This document shows positions 51,601-59,720 of a DNA stretch of 64,000 nt, one piece after another. A model generated the notes under the pieces. It made no database searches. It was not told the origin of the DNA and worked only from the letters and a program-made list of their open reading frames with translations. Made by a program: the position numbers and the translations under genes. Source of the DNA: Callorhinchus milii (lineage: Eukaryota). The DNA lies in the NCBI RefSeq assembly GCF_018977255.1, contig NW_024704742.1, positions 74,340,001 to 74,404,000 of the forward strand. The letters are read 5' to 3'. Each line of letters opens with the position of its first letter. Positions within the stretch are counted from its first letter, which is position 1.

Positions 51601-53048
51601 GGAGGAGGGGGACGGGCAGGGAGGAGGGGGACGGGCAGGGAGGAGGGGGACGGGCAGGGAGGAGGGGGACGGGCAGGGAGGAGGGGGACGGGCAGGGAGG
51701 AGGGGGACGGGCAGGGAGGAGGGGGGACGGGCAGGGAGGAGGGGGACGGGCAGGGAGGAGGGGGACGGGCAGGGAGGAGGGGGGGGGGGGGGGGGGGGGG
51801 GACGGGCAGGGAGGAGGGGGACGGGCAGGGAGGAGGGGGACGGGCAGGGAGGAGGGGGACGGGCAGGGAGGAGGGGGACGGGCAGGGAGGAGGGGGACGG
51901 GCAGGGAGGAGGGGGACGGGCAGGGAGGAGGGGGACGGGCAGGGAGGAGGGGGACGGGCAGGGAGGAGGGTTATTACTGTTGTTACACAGTATACTGAAT
52001 GTAACAAGTACTTGACAACATTCCATATGGTGTGGATCACAGGTACTGTGAGATGTTGTGCAAACACTTATGAACAAATACACACATGAACACATACAAT
52101 ACAAATATATCTTCACCATTGTTGTGGAAACACATTTCATGTAGCAACTTGTACAACTACAAGTAGCCTTACTGATTTTCTTAAAGTGAGTAAACCCTAA
52201 ATACAGAATTATGTTGATGTAAGTATTTACATCATATTTCAAATGATTATTGTTGAATTTGATTGGAGTGCAATCAGTTAATGTGATCCACTAATCAGCA
52301 ACAAAACCAGTCAATTTCACACTTGGTGAAAACTCTGGTGTGTTTCACTGCAATAAAACAATGTGGATCCTGTCTTTTGCTATCAGTTCACGCCACATCA
52401 GAGCTGATCTCAATCACTTCGTGGTGACCTTCGCTTATTCCGCATTAGTCTAAATGGGTTTGCATCGTGTACAGTGATATAGTAAAGAAACGTGATCAAT
52501 ATTCAGTGTTATAGTAATTAAGCGTTGTCATTATCAGAGACCTGGAATGGAAGGTCTGCAGTTAACACCACTGTTTACACCAGTGACACAGTGAAGTGAA
52601 GTGAGGGCGAAGTTCACGTTAACAGCTGTGATCAGTCCAGGAAACCCCAACCAACACAGCGACAGAGATGTTAGTGTCTCGGACCCTCGGGGCAGTGGGC
52701 AGACAGAGCCCCCGCGGGCGGTGTGGCCGCCCCCCGGGGAGCTGACACCGGCCTTCAGGAGCCGCGACACTGCACAGCATTGCCTCCGCGCCTCCAGGCC
52801 CTGCGACCCGGGCGGCGGCAGAGAGCGACACAGACAACCTGAGCCCCGCGGCTCCGGCCCGGCCCGGCCAGGCCAGGCCCAGCCCAGGCCTCGCTCTCGC
52901 TCTCGCCCCCGCCCGGTGTCAGGCCTCTCGCCCCCGCCCGGTGTCAGGCCTCTCCCCCCCGGGGGCGCTGTGAGCTACTCACGGTCTCGGCGCCGGTGGG
53001 CTGCGGCCCAGCGGTCGGACCGCCCATCACTCCTCGGAAGAAGTTCAT
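607..53048 (-). CDS. USO1: USO1 / general vesicular transport factor p115, multi-exon gene, 3' end truncated by window edge
   Basis: 22 constitutive exons with GT-AG boundaries and consistent phases translate to MNFFRGVMGG...IQKLCDRVASSTLLDDRRDAVRALK...EFDFHVRWPGVKLL...EKLKQLIEKRIGKENFIEKLG..., matching vertebrate p115 (armadillo-like head plus coiled-coil tail) from memory. Confidence 0.98.
2011..2109 (-). CDS. USO1: USO1 exon 22 (LLDKLRTQVQTQAAEISQLQAEKQALSQKLKNL)
   Basis: 99 nt, AAG/GTAAGA, coiled coil similar to p115 tail. Confidence 0.9.
3127..3216 (-). CDS. USO1: USO1 exon 21 (KTNQTMSSRDGEGGTDHSGSQDEERSELHK)
   Basis: 90 nt, CAG/GTAGTG, phase 0-0; poorly conserved linker at the expected position. 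Confidence 0.85.
4355..4710 (-). mobile_element. L2 3' fragment
   Basis: CAACAACAA tail and GCGCCTTTCACGTCAGGAGGAC stem-loop. Confidence 0.8.
5112..5290 (-). CDS. USO1: USO1 exon 20 (GKDSQQHNIHNSEAAQINGIQPKADLEEMGRLREEVEQLKQRHDLLQGQLAEKESLIEKL)
   Basis: 179 nt, TAG/GTAAAA, phase 1-0. Confidence 0.94.
5833..6232 (-). mobile_element. tRNA-headed SINE with internal L2-derived segment
   Basis: Same head/core/tail as 32645-32952; 5872-5990 matches L2 3' sequence. Confidence 0.85.
6915..7360 (-). mobile_element. L2 3' fragment
   Basis: GATCTTGAAGTCGATCC / GGGAGCCAGTGGAG motifs shared with other L2 copies. Confidence 0.8.
8541..8679 (-). CDS. USO1: USO1 exon 19 (DMQLNDLKKQVSALSSENELSQATITQQTSQVQQLRDQYNLLKIQQ)
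   Basis: 139 nt, CAG/GTACTA, coiled coil. Confidence 0.95.
9282..9403 (-). CDS. USO1: USO1 exon 18 (LIIKAVQKSSEDEKKEEEVKKSLEQHDSIVNQYKELIREQ)
   Basis: 122 nt, CAG/GTAACC. Confidence 0.95.
10219..10400 (-). CDS. USO1: USO1 exon 17 (EKLKQLIEKRIGKENFIEKLGYISKHELYSRA...FDHEFTKLVKELE)
   Basis: 182 nt, TAG/GTAACT. Confidence 0.96.
11677..11795 (-). CDS. USO1: USO1 exon 16 (LTGQISENLGEEEQLVQGLCALLLGICIYYNENTLENYT)
   Basis: 119 nt, CAG/GTAAGT. Confidence 0.96.
11796..12538 (-). other. U12-type (minor spliceosome) GT-AG intron of USO1
   Basis: 5' splice site GTATCCTTTT; branch sequence TTTCCCTTGAC at 11818-11808 with branch A about 13 nt from the 3' CAG; no polypyrimidine tract between them. Confidence 0.9.
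12539..12649 (-). CDS. USO1: USO1 exon 15 (GSKVQTRVGLLMLLSTWMTSCPIAVSNFLHNQTNVPF)
   Basis: 111 nt; followed by U12-type donor GTATCCTT. Confidence 0.96.
13470..13610 (+). mobile_element. CR1 3' end fragment
   Basis: GGCTCGAGGGGCCGAATGGCCTACTCCTGCTCCTAATTCTTATGTTCTTAT tail. Confidence 0.8.
18349..18381 (+). repeat. (CA)n microsatellite
   Basis: Direct inspection. Confidence 0.9.
18662..19406. mobile_element. Tc1/mariner (Tigger-like) non-autonomous element
   Basis: TA|CAGTAAACGCCTGATA ... TATCAGGAGTTCACTG|TA. Confidence 0.7.
20360..20380 (-). CDS. USO1: USO1 21-nt alternative microexon (GDKIDRR)
   Basis: TTTACAG|GGAGATAAGATCGACAGACGG|GTAAGT, phase 0-0; peptide matches the GDKIDRR insert I recall from vertebrate p115 isoforms. 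Confidence 0.9.
20617..20977. mobile_element. hAT (Charlie-like) MITE
   Basis: TIRs CAGTGTGGTCCAAC / GTTGGACAACCCTG, subterminal GCGGCCC/GTGGCCC repeats, 8-bp target duplication ATCAACAC / ATCTACAC (7 of 8). Confidence 0.85.
22736..22941 (-). CDS. USO1: USO1 exon 13 (NSISAGQLLCGGLFSTDSLSNWCAAVALAHALQDN...QQCTNILSQ)
   Basis: 206 nt, TAG/GTACGA, phase 1-0. Confidence 0.96.
23377..23531 (-). CDS. USO1: USO1 exon 12 (PAIVVLLMSMVNERQPFVLRCAVLYCFECFLYKNQKGQGEIVATLLPATID)
   Basis: 155 nt, TAG/GTAAGC. Confidence 0.96.
23775..24138 (+). mobile_element. tRNA-headed SINE
   Basis: GGAGTCCTGTAGCTCAGG head to GCAAGGATTATTATT tail. Confidence 0.88.
24488..24576 (-). CDS. USO1: USO1 exon 11 (TINTVSEVIRGSQINQDYFASVNAPSNPPR)
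   Basis: 89 nt, TAG/GTAAGA. Confidence 0.96.
25573..25713 (-). CDS. USO1: USO1 exon 10 (LVRVLVSPVNPPGATSSCQKSAFQCGLLQQLCTILMATGVPADILTE)
   Basis: 141 nt, CAG/GTAAGT. Confidence 0.96.
25796..26008. mobile_element. Palindromic Penelope-like element remnant with degenerate hammerhead-like core
   Basis: ~80-bp inverted arms 25827-25907 and 25928-26008; central ATGACGGAGGGTCGTGGACCCGAAAC. Confidence 0.65.
26951..27129 (-). CDS. USO1: USO1 exon 9 ([38 protein letters not shown]...LHLMLQ)
   Basis: 179 nt, CAG/GTATTG. Confidence 0.96.
28273..28393 (-). CDS. USO1: USO1 exon 8 (GLLLLQQLSRGNAAIQKIVAFENAFERLLDIVTEEGNSDG)
   Basis: 121 nt, CAG/GTAATC. Confidence 0.96.
28706..29380 (-). mobile_element. 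L2 LINE 3' fragment
   Basis: AETLVHAFITSWLDYANALL, LHWLPILQRIQFKILVLTYKALHG; (GTT)n tail. Confidence 0.92.
29455..29945 (+). mobile_element. CR1 LINE RT fragment
   Basis: Degenerate YLNDLD, KF.DD.K.G, WQMKFN, RDLGV motifs. Confidence 0.8.
30721..31528. mobile_element. Non-autonomous Tc1/mariner (pogo/Tigger-like) DNA transposon carrying a copy of the USO1 exon-7 acceptor
   Basis: TA|CAGTGGAATCC ... GGCTTCCACTG|TA terminal inverted repeats with TA target site; internal similarity to 39858-40483. Confidence 0.8.
31618..31673 (-). CDS. USO1: USO1 exon 7 (GVSRMMDLLADSREVIRND)
   Basis: 56 nt, CAG/GTAAGT, phase 1-0. Confidence 0.96.
31817..32134. repeat. Long inverted duplication (~146-bp arms, ~24-nt spacer)
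   Basis: 31817-31964 is the reverse complement of 31989-32134 with scattered mismatches. Confidence 0.92.
32645..32952 (-). mobile_element. tRNA(Ala-like)-headed SINE with Deu-like core and (ATT)n tail
   Basis: Head TCCTGTAGCTCAGTGGTTAGAGCACTCGCTTTGCAAG (A/B boxes), core TGTGGGAC..GTGCGCAATTGGCTGCCG, tail AAATGCAAGGATTATTATT; many similar copies. Confidence 0.9.
33110..33760 (-). mobile_element. Older L2 fragment containing a 21-bp tandem repeat (33324-33379)
   Basis: HWLPVAERIDFKIL motif; TGAGCAGATTGGAGTGGGGTG x~2.7. Confidence 0.75.
34149..34251 (-). CDS. USO1: USO1 exon 6 (EFDFHVRWPGVKLLTALLKNQGPQVQQIILVSPM)
   Basis: 103 nt, CAG/GTAAGA. Confidence 0.96.
34358..34550 (+). pseudogene. Degenerate 28S (LSU) rRNA fragment in USO1 intron 5
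   Basis: CAAAAGCTCACTTAATCTTGATTTTCTGTACGAATACAAACCGTGAAAGCAGGGCCT...TTTTAAGGAGGAGGTGTCAGTAAAGTTATCATAGGGATAGCTGGCTTGTAGTGGCCAAGC...TAATAGGGAATATGAGCCGGG matches the conserved 3' part of eukaryotic 28S, with many substitutions and an internal deletion. Confidence 0.88.
35210..35313 (-). CDS. USO1: USO1 exon 5 (ENTQKQSSEDLAGQFTEIFIKHHENLTLLLSLLE)
   Basis: 104 nt, phase 1-0, CAG/GTAAGT. Confidence 0.95.
36611..36622 (-). CDS. USO1: USO1 candidate 12-nt alternative microexon (adds DGSE)
   Basis: TTTTTTCTTTTCTTTCATGTATAATTTGGCAG|ATGGATCTGAAG|GTAACA; phase 1-1, frame preserving, in the acidic loop; TGCATG motifs on both sides. Confidence 0.75.
38414..38493 (-). CDS. USO1: USO1 exon 4 (ADTEIIGYALDTLYNVISNDVEEEEP)
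   Basis: 80 nt, phase 2-1, CAG/GT. Confidence 0.95.
38912..39193 (-). mobile_element. tRNA-headed SINE (internally deleted)
   Basis: Head GGAGTCCTGTAGCT at 39193, tail at ~38912. Confidence 0.8.
39391..39455 (-). CDS. USO1: USO1 exon 3 (KYRLEVGSQAMEHLIGVLQTDR)
   Basis: 65 nt, TAG acceptor, GTAAGT donor. Confidence 0.95.
39858..40483. mobile_element. Non-autonomous Tc1/mariner (pogo/Tigger-like) DNA transposon
   Basis: TA|CAGTGGAATCC ... GGATTCCACTG inverted termini; same family as 30721-31528. Confidence 0.8.
40484..40972 (+). mobile_element. tRNA-headed SINE plus a second tandem 3' half
   Basis: Head at 40484, tails at ~40790 and ~40970. Confidence 0.88.
42256..42342 (-). CDS. USO1: USO1 exon 2 (IQKLCDRVASSTLLDDRRDAVRALKALSK)
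   Basis: 87 nt, CAG acceptor, GT donor, phase 0-0. Confidence 0.96.
42625..43190. repeat. Unclassified ~600-bp dispersed repeat, opposite orientation to 56570-57165
   Basis: GTTCCTGAGCCAGGCAGGTCTGC, AATTAGGTAAGCAGGATGCA, GGTTTG.ATACTCTTAAGC blocks. Confidence 0.8.
44220..44810 (+). mobile_element. L2 3' fragment inserted into the unclassified ~600 bp repeat
   Basis: AAETLIHAFITSRL motif, TTGTTGTT tail; host repeat resumes on both sides. Confidence 0.85.
47780..48595 (-). mobile_element. Two adjacent tRNA-headed SINEs
   Basis: Heads at ~48125 and ~48592, tails at ~47780 and ~48292. Confidence 0.85.
48693..50513 (+). mobile_element. L2-clade LINE, 5'-truncated, degenerate reverse transcriptase
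   Basis: LDPIPT, NLSLSSG.VP, PILKKPSLDP, SNLPFLS, GFR..HSTETA, LILLDLSAAFDTVDH, frameshifted YADD, RLDYANSLL, LHWLPI; ends GGCGCTATATAAATGTAATTCTGTTGTTG. Confidence 0.95.
51250..51600 (-). mobile_element. L2 3' fragment (young-looking)
   Basis: (CAA)n tail at 51250, FKAGLKTFLFDR-type ORF2 end. Confidence 0.88.
51586..51970 (+). repeat. G-rich 19-bp minisatellite (GGGGGACGGGCAGGGAGGA)n, about 19 copies with an internal poly-G run
   Basis: Direct inspection; source of the Pro-rich and Gly/Arg-rich spurious ORFs at 51247-52242. Confidence 0.95.
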
Positions 53049-53210
53049 GGTGACTGGAGGCGGCGGCTCGAGCCGATCCCCACAGCGGGCCACAGGCGGC
53101 ACTGCGCCTGCGCCGAGACGTGGCAACACGTGGCGACTCAACAACCGTGTTCGTCACTTAAAGGGGCAGTGTCACCGCTGCCTTTAAAGGGGAAGTGCGC
53201 TGACCGTACA
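52680..53210 (-). promoter_or_regulatory. CpG-island promoter of USO1 with NRF1-like, tandem ACGTGGC/E-box, ETS and GC-box motifs
   Basis: Only strongly GC/CpG-rich unique stretch in the window, spanning exon 1; TGCGCCTGCGC 53103-53113, ACGTGGC 53118-53124 and 53128-53134, GGAAGTG ~53190, CCCGCCC boxes in a 25-bp tandem duplication 52900-52954. Confidence 0.8.
52983..53048 (-). CDS. USO1: USO1 coding exon 1 (MNFFRGVMGGPTAGPQPTGAET)
   Basis: ATG at 53048 in GTCACCATG context, 66 nt, donor GTGAGT. Confidence 0.95.
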
Positions 53211-54454
53211 GTGTCTGAGTTTGGCAAAAATGTGTCACCGCCTCCTCCAGATGGAGGAGGTGCAACCAGTGACTGTTTCAGCACTGGCAGCCTGGCTCAG
53301 GGATCCAGTGAAGTGAATGACCATTAATGTGGTCCTTGTCCCTCGAATCCTCTGCTCCACCATAGCCTTCAGCCACCACACCCCGAAGCTACGGAACTCC
53401 GTCTCTCAATCCCTTCGCCTTGCCCCTTCTTTCCCCGTTTTCGGTTTTGTACCCGAAGACCTTCCTCTTTGAGAAAGCTATATACATGCAAGTTGTTGTG
53501 AAGAAAACCTTCCTTCACATAAAATACCGGCTCAGAGTGCTTCACAGAAACACTGCTGGACGCCAAGACAATGCAGGGAGGGGGTGCAGTCAAATTGTAA
53601 ATTTATAATGATAATAATCGTTACATCAGATATGGTGCCTTATCACTTTGTCAATGCATCTCAAAGCATTTCACAGGTTATACTGTAAAGTGATGTCACT
53701 ATGTATTTTGTGCATACGTTTGAAGACAGATAGAGAGAAAATGAGGTGAAGGGGTTGACAAAGATTTCCAGAGGGCACAGTGGCTGAAAGCTTGGACACT
53801 GATGATGGACGATGACGGCGGGGAACGCATAGCAGGCTCGAGTGTGCTGAATGGAGGAGGCGAGCAGAAGAGTGATTTTGGAGAAAATCACAAAGATAGG
53901 GAGTTGCAAACGAGTCATGAGATTTGTAAGTGAGCATGGGAATCTTGAAGCCAATCCTAAGGGGGAGTCAGTGGAACCTGGTGAGGTTGGGGTGACGGTG
54001 ATGTAAATTTTTTGTGGGTAGGGTGTGGCTGGTGGAGGTTTAGATGAGCTGGAGACTGACAAAGAAGGCATTTAAAGAGTTGATTTTGGAGATGATGAAT
54101 GTGTGATTGAGGGATTTTGGCAGCACTGGGGTGCAAGGGATGCAAGTGAGCATTGTGCAAGGGGTACAGAATACCAGTCTGAGTCAGGGACTAGTGAATG
54201 ATAAATTAGTTATTCACTGTGTGCAGTCTTGCTGTGTGTGGGGTCCTGCTGTGTATGAGCAGTTGCTGTGACTGCCTACAAATACACAGTCACTACATTT
54301 GAGAATGATTACCCGTGAGGCACTTCAAATATTTTTATATAGTAGATGCTCTGGCAAATACAATATTTATTTAAATTAGATCTGGGCCTTATTCTCCACT
54401 TGCAGATACTGCATAAATATGATCAATACTTTGATGTAGTTCTCTCGGACGATA

Positions 54455-55710
54455 CAACAACAGCAAAATTACATTTGTATAGCGCCTTTAACAACAACAA
54501 CAACAACATGATTGCATTTATAGAGCGCCTTTCACGTCGGGAGGATGTCTCAAGGTGCTGGACAGTTGGGTCGGGACCCGAGCAGGGGGGAAATGGTCAA
54601 GGTGAGGGGAGGGAAGGGAGGGAGGGAGCGAGGAGGGAGTAGAGAGTCGAGAGGGGATCTGAAGGCACGGTTGAAGAGAAAGGTCTTGAGATCGGCCTTG
54701 AAGGAGGAAAGGGAGGAAGCAAGGCAAAGGCACTGGGGGCTGGAATTCCAGAGCCTAGGGGCTGAGAGGCTGAAAGCCCGGCCACCGATGGTAGGTCGGT
54801 TAGGGCGGGAGATGTGGAGCAGACCGGAGCCAGAGGAACGGAGGGTACGGGCAGGTAGATAGGAGGATAGTAGGTCAGAGTGGTCAGTAGGATGTCCCAA
54901 GGTGCTGGACAGTCAGTGTTTTGAACCTGAGCTGGGGGTCGGGATTGGGGAGGGGGGAAGCGGGATGATCAAAAGCACAGTCGAAGAGGAGGATCTTGAA
55001 GGAGGTAAGGGAGGGGGGCGAGGCGTAGGGACTGAGGATTGGAGTTCCAGAGGGTGAGGGCAGATTGGCAGAAGGCCCACCTGCCAACGGTGGGATGGGC
55101 GAGGCGGGGGGGCATGAAGCAGGCTGGAGCCTGCTGAGTGGAGGGAGTGGGCAGGTTGGTAGGGGGTTAGAAGGTTTGCAGAGGTAGGAGGGAGTAAGAC
55201 AATGGAGGGCTTTGAAGGTGAGGACCATGGTCTTGAACTGTATCCTCTGTGTGATGGGAAGCCAATGGAGTCGGGTGAGGATGAGGTTGATAGGGTCACG
55301 GAGCCTGGACATGGGCTGCAGAGTTCTGGATGATCTGCTGCCTATGAAGGGAGATGGGGAGGCTGACAAGCAGTGAGCTTGCATAGTCAAGCCTCGATTT
55401 TATGAATGCATGTATGAGGGTTTTGATGGCCTGCAGTGTGAGATAGTGGCGGAGCTGGGCGATGTGTGGAGGTGGGGGAAGGCAGAGAGGGTCATGGCAT
55501 GGATGTGGGGTAGAAAGGATAGTTGAGGGTCAAACAATATGTCAAGGTTCCAGATTGGCTTAGCAAGGTGAAGTGTGCATCCTTGGATGGTTATGCTGGC
55601 AGCGTCTGAGGTGTGGAGGCGCTGACGGGAGCCAATCAGGAGGGCCTCGATCTTGTTGACATTGAACTGAAGAAAATTAGCTCTCATCCAGGACTTGATG
55701 TCTGACAGAT
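54455..55710 (-). mobile_element. Stacked L2 3' fragments
   Basis: Repeated (CAA)n tails on plus strand; SDIKSWMRANFLQFNVNK and LHWLPITQRIQFK motifs. Confidence 0.9.
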
Positions 55711-56569
55711 ACATATAGATATATAAGTAGCAAAGAGGTTTATGGATGGCAACCGTAAGGCAAAGAAAGAGTGCTTTGCAAGTATTTACAATTATTTGTA
55801 GCTCAATAAGTGTAGTTATGCTACTAATGCTCAGAGGCACTGTTTTGTGGAATTCCAAAATCACCCACTCTCTCTCCCAATTAATTGTACACCTCCTCTT
55901 AGTGGGTGAGAAGTCAGTATTCACAGTAGATTATCTGCACCGATTTTATTCTCACCTTTTTATCGAAGCTAAATTTCACTCCAGGGGCGGACAAAAGCAA
56001 GTAAGCTTGTATGAATATCAAAAATGGAAATGTTATATAATAAATAAGACTGTATATTTGGAAGGAGGAGGGGTTTGGGGGTCTTTAATGAGATTCTATG
56101 CACCCAGGCAGAATGGTTATATAAGTAATCCAAGACGTAACCGATTTCGATCATCTTTATAATTGCTACAGCTTGCAGCATTTTTCTCTCCTGTTACTGT
56201 CTTTTCAATACCTGTAGTTGTATTTACCCCTTCCATACCAACCTCCCTCCCTGCTTCTGATCTTCATGGCTTTGATATTCCTTAGCCCAAACTGAAGTTA
56301 CTTTCATTTTGTGAAGGACTTGGAGGGGCAAACTATGAAATGTGTCTGAATATAAAACAGCTTTCCACCCAGTTTAATTTCTCTGGTTTTCAGCTTACAT
56401 AATGACATAAATCACAAGATTGTCCCTTGAACACTGGGAGGCATGGATTCTTCAGACTCGGGTCCTATTATCCCTGCAAGCCAAAGGCCGAACGTGTAGG
56501 GTTATCCTAGCTGGACAAGCAGTGGGAAAGCTCTGTGGTTCTAACTAATTAACATCCAGCAGTACACTT

Positions 56570-57165
56570 TTTTTTGGTCAGCCTTTATCCATGGTCTGAC
56601 ACATGGAGAAACCCATCATCATGCTTAAGAGTATCCAAACCAAACTGAGAGTTCCATGCTCCCGCCTACACAAGGAAATTCCAAAGGTGTTTATTAGAAT
56701 GGAATGCACACTGGAGGGATGCATCCTGCTTACCTGCTTACCTAATTCCAGAAAATATTAGGCACAGGTTGGCAAGAGCCAAGGCTTGAGAATCCCAGAG
56801 TGTTCATTGGGGTAACTGCTGGAGTCTAAAACAGCTAAACCCTCATAGATTGCCATTGATATCATTGTCTGGCAAGCTTTCCCACTGCTTGTCCAGCTAG
56901 GACAACCCCACCCATTAGGGCTTTGACTTGCACATTTAACAAGCTGAGTGGGTGGATTCCCTGCTCTTGGTACTGGTTTGCCCTTCCAAGTCCTGCTGAT
57001 GAGCCAAGTCCTGTGCTGCCATTAGCAGTGCCCTGGAGTCCAGCAGACCTGCCTGGCTCAGGAACTGGACTACCGATACCGCAACATAGGCTCAATTCTG
57101 ATTTTGTTGCCAAACTTGTCACCTTGGAGCCAGTTCAGCTCCAAGGAGACCCCTCTTACCTCCCC
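56570..57165. repeat. Unclassified ~600-bp dispersed repeat (longest copy)
   Basis: Shares blocks with 42625-43190 (reverse), 37315-37660, 44090-45055, 22310-22620, 34790-35090, 9790-10010; terminal hairpin CCTTGGAGC-N7-GCTCCAAGG. Confidence 0.8.
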
Positions 57166-57434
57166 CAAGGAGTATAATCACTAGCTGGTCACTTGATACC
57201 TGACGGGCGTGAGTTTGAGCCCTAACTAGGTAGGTACCTGCAAGCTTCCTGGTGGCCATCACAGCTCAGCATGAAATGCGTGAGAGCATTGTCACCAAAT
57301 TCCTCCCCACGGCTCAGACACATATCCATTTCTATTGAACAATGCTTACACCAGTTGAAGGCACAGATCTTAAACAGTGGCTGCTTACCTCTCTGCAAAC
57401 CATTCAAGTGGGTTCCAAGCGTTGGATATACAAG

Positions 57435-59100
57435 CAACAACAACAACAACTTGGATTTATAGAGCGCCCTCCACGCCGGACGGTGTCTCAGAGCGCTTCA
57501 CAGTAACGGATCCTGGGACCGAGCCAGGGGGAGGGGGAGGAAAGTGACCAAAGGCGCGGTTGAAAAGAAAGGTCTTCAGCCAAGGCCTGAAAATAGGAAG
57601 AGAGGGGGCGAGGCGAAGGGAGTGAGGAAGGGAGTGAGGAAGGGAGTTCCAGAGCCTCGGGGCGTAGTGGCTGAAGGCACGGCCGCCGAGAGTGGAGCGG
57701 AGGATTCGGGGACAAGGAGGAGGCCTGACCCGGTGGAGCGAAGGCAACAGGCACTGTTTTGAGGAGAGAGGTCAGGAGGTAGGGGGGGTTCAGAGAAGTG
57801 GAGGTATTTGAAGACAAGAGTGAGGATCTTGAAGTCGATCCTCTCTGGGACAGGCAGCCAGTGCAGTCTGGCAAGGACTGGGGTAATCGGGGAGCGGAGT
57901 TTAGTGCAGATAAGAATGCAGGCGGCAGAGTTTTGGATGACCTGGATTTTATGAACAACAACAACAAGATTACATTTGTAAAGCGCCATTCACGTCGGGT
58001 GGATGTCCCAAGGTGCTGGACAGTGTACAGCATTTTGAGCTGGGGTCAGGGGGGGAGAGGGGAGGGGAGGGAAAGGGGGGGTGGCCAATGGCATGGTCGA
58101 AGAGGAGGATCTTGAGGCAGGACTTGAAAGAGGCTAAGAAGGGGGCGAGGCGGAGTGACTGGAGGATGGAATTCCAGAGGTTGGGGGCAGAGTGGCTGAA
58201 GGCTCTCCCGCCAATGGTGGGGCGGGTGGGTCGGAGACGTGGAGCAGGCCGGAGCCGGCTGAGTGGGGGGAGCGGGCGGGTTGGTAGGGGGTTAGGATGT
58301 CACAGAGGTAGGGTGGGGCGAGACCATTGAGGGCTCTGAAGGATAGGGAGCCAATGGAGTCGGGCGAGAGTGGGGGAGATGGGGTCATGGAGTTTGGTGC
58401 GGGAGAGGACATGGGCTGCAGAGTTCTGGATTATCTGCAGTCTGTGGAGGGAGGAGTTGGGAAGGTCGACAAGCAGGGCATTTGCATAGTCGAGCCTGGA
58501 GATGATGAAGGCATGAACAAGAGTTTCAGCGGCCTGAGGGGTGAGGTAGTGGCGGAGCTGGGCGATGTTACGGAGGTGAGGGAAGGCAGAGCGGGTCAGT
58601 GGAGGGGAGACCGGCGAGGAGGGCATTTGAATAATCCAGCCGAGATGTGATAAAGGCATGAACCAGGGTTTCTCCTCCTGACGTGAAAGGCGCTCTATAA
58701 ATGGAATCTTGTTGTTGTTGTTGTTGTTTCAGCGGCTTTTGGAGTGAGGTATTGGCGGAGACGGGCGATGCGTCGGAGGTGGAAGAAAGCGGTGCTGGTG
58801 AGGGACCGGATGTGGGGAGGAAGGATAATTGGGGATTGAACCTGAAGCATAGGTTGTGTATGCGTTCGGAGAGTTTTAGGGGGAGGTCAGGTAGGTGGAG
58901 CAGGTGAGAACCATGTGATATTAGACGTTGACGAGAGCCAAAGAGTATGGCTTCCGTCTTGTCAACATTTAGCTGAAGGAAATTCGCGCTCATCCAGCTC
59001 CTGATGTTTGACAGGCAGGCTGACAGAACATCAGGGGACTAGGGGTTGCAAAGTGAGGTGGAAAAATGGAGTTGGGTGTCATTCGCACACATGTGGAAGT
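57435..59100 (-). mobile_element. Nested L2 fragments (L2 inserted in L2, plus a short opposite-strand tail insertion at ~58673-58727)
   Basis: Tails at ~57435 and ~57954; SRLDYANALL, LHWLPV, ANFLQLNVDKTEAI motifs. Confidence 0.9.
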
Positions 59101-59297
59101 GTACCCCATGTGTGCAGATACATGCCAGGGTCCCCAGACTTTGGCTTTTGCCAATCTGTGTCTGATACTTTTCAGGATTACATGAGCAAGATGTGTCCCT
59201 CCAGTGAGAGAGTGTATATTCCAGTACAGAAACAGGGAAATGTCTATGTGTAGATGGCAAACATATGCAACTTTCTCCAGGTGTCCTGGCCAAGTGT

Positions 59298-59720
59298 CAA
59301 GGTGGCTCATTGGTTGCACTATCACCTCTGAATCAGAAAATTGTGGGTTCAAGCCCCATGGTGGGACTAGGAATCACATAGTCTAAGATGATCCTCCTTG
59401 CAATGCTGAGGGTGTGTTAAATTGTTGGAGGTGCTGTTAAACCAAGGTCACGTCTGCCTGTTCAGGTGGATGTTAGAGATGTTACGACACTACTCAAAAA
59501 CAGAGGAGAGTTTCTCCTGATGTCCTGGTCAACAAATCCCCCAAATAAAATTGGTCACTCACTCCATGACTGTGTTTGGAATATTGCTGTACGCAAACTG
59601 GCTGCCAGATTTCACCCACAAAATAAACACTTCACAGTAGATCCCGTGAAGTGCTTTGAGTCATCTCTATGACATGATAAAGGCACTATATCAAATGCAA
59701 GGATTATTTATTATTATTAT
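59298..59720 (+). mobile_element. Older Deu-domain-type SINE
   Basis: GGTGGCTCATTGGTTGCACT..CTCTGAATCAGAA..GTGGGTTCAAGCCCCA head, GTCTGCCTGTTCAGGTGGATGTTA body, same tail; similar copies at ~5330-5770, 15085-15430, 17290-17670. Confidence 0.7.

Noticed and set aside
51247..52242. 331-aa Pro-rich ORF and overlapping Gly/Arg-rich ORFs
   Set aside because: Translations of the 19-bp minisatellite plus L2 sequence, not genes
56996..57060. CTGATGA in the unclassified repeat as a hammerhead ribozyme
   Set aside because: No stem II followed by GAAA could be built
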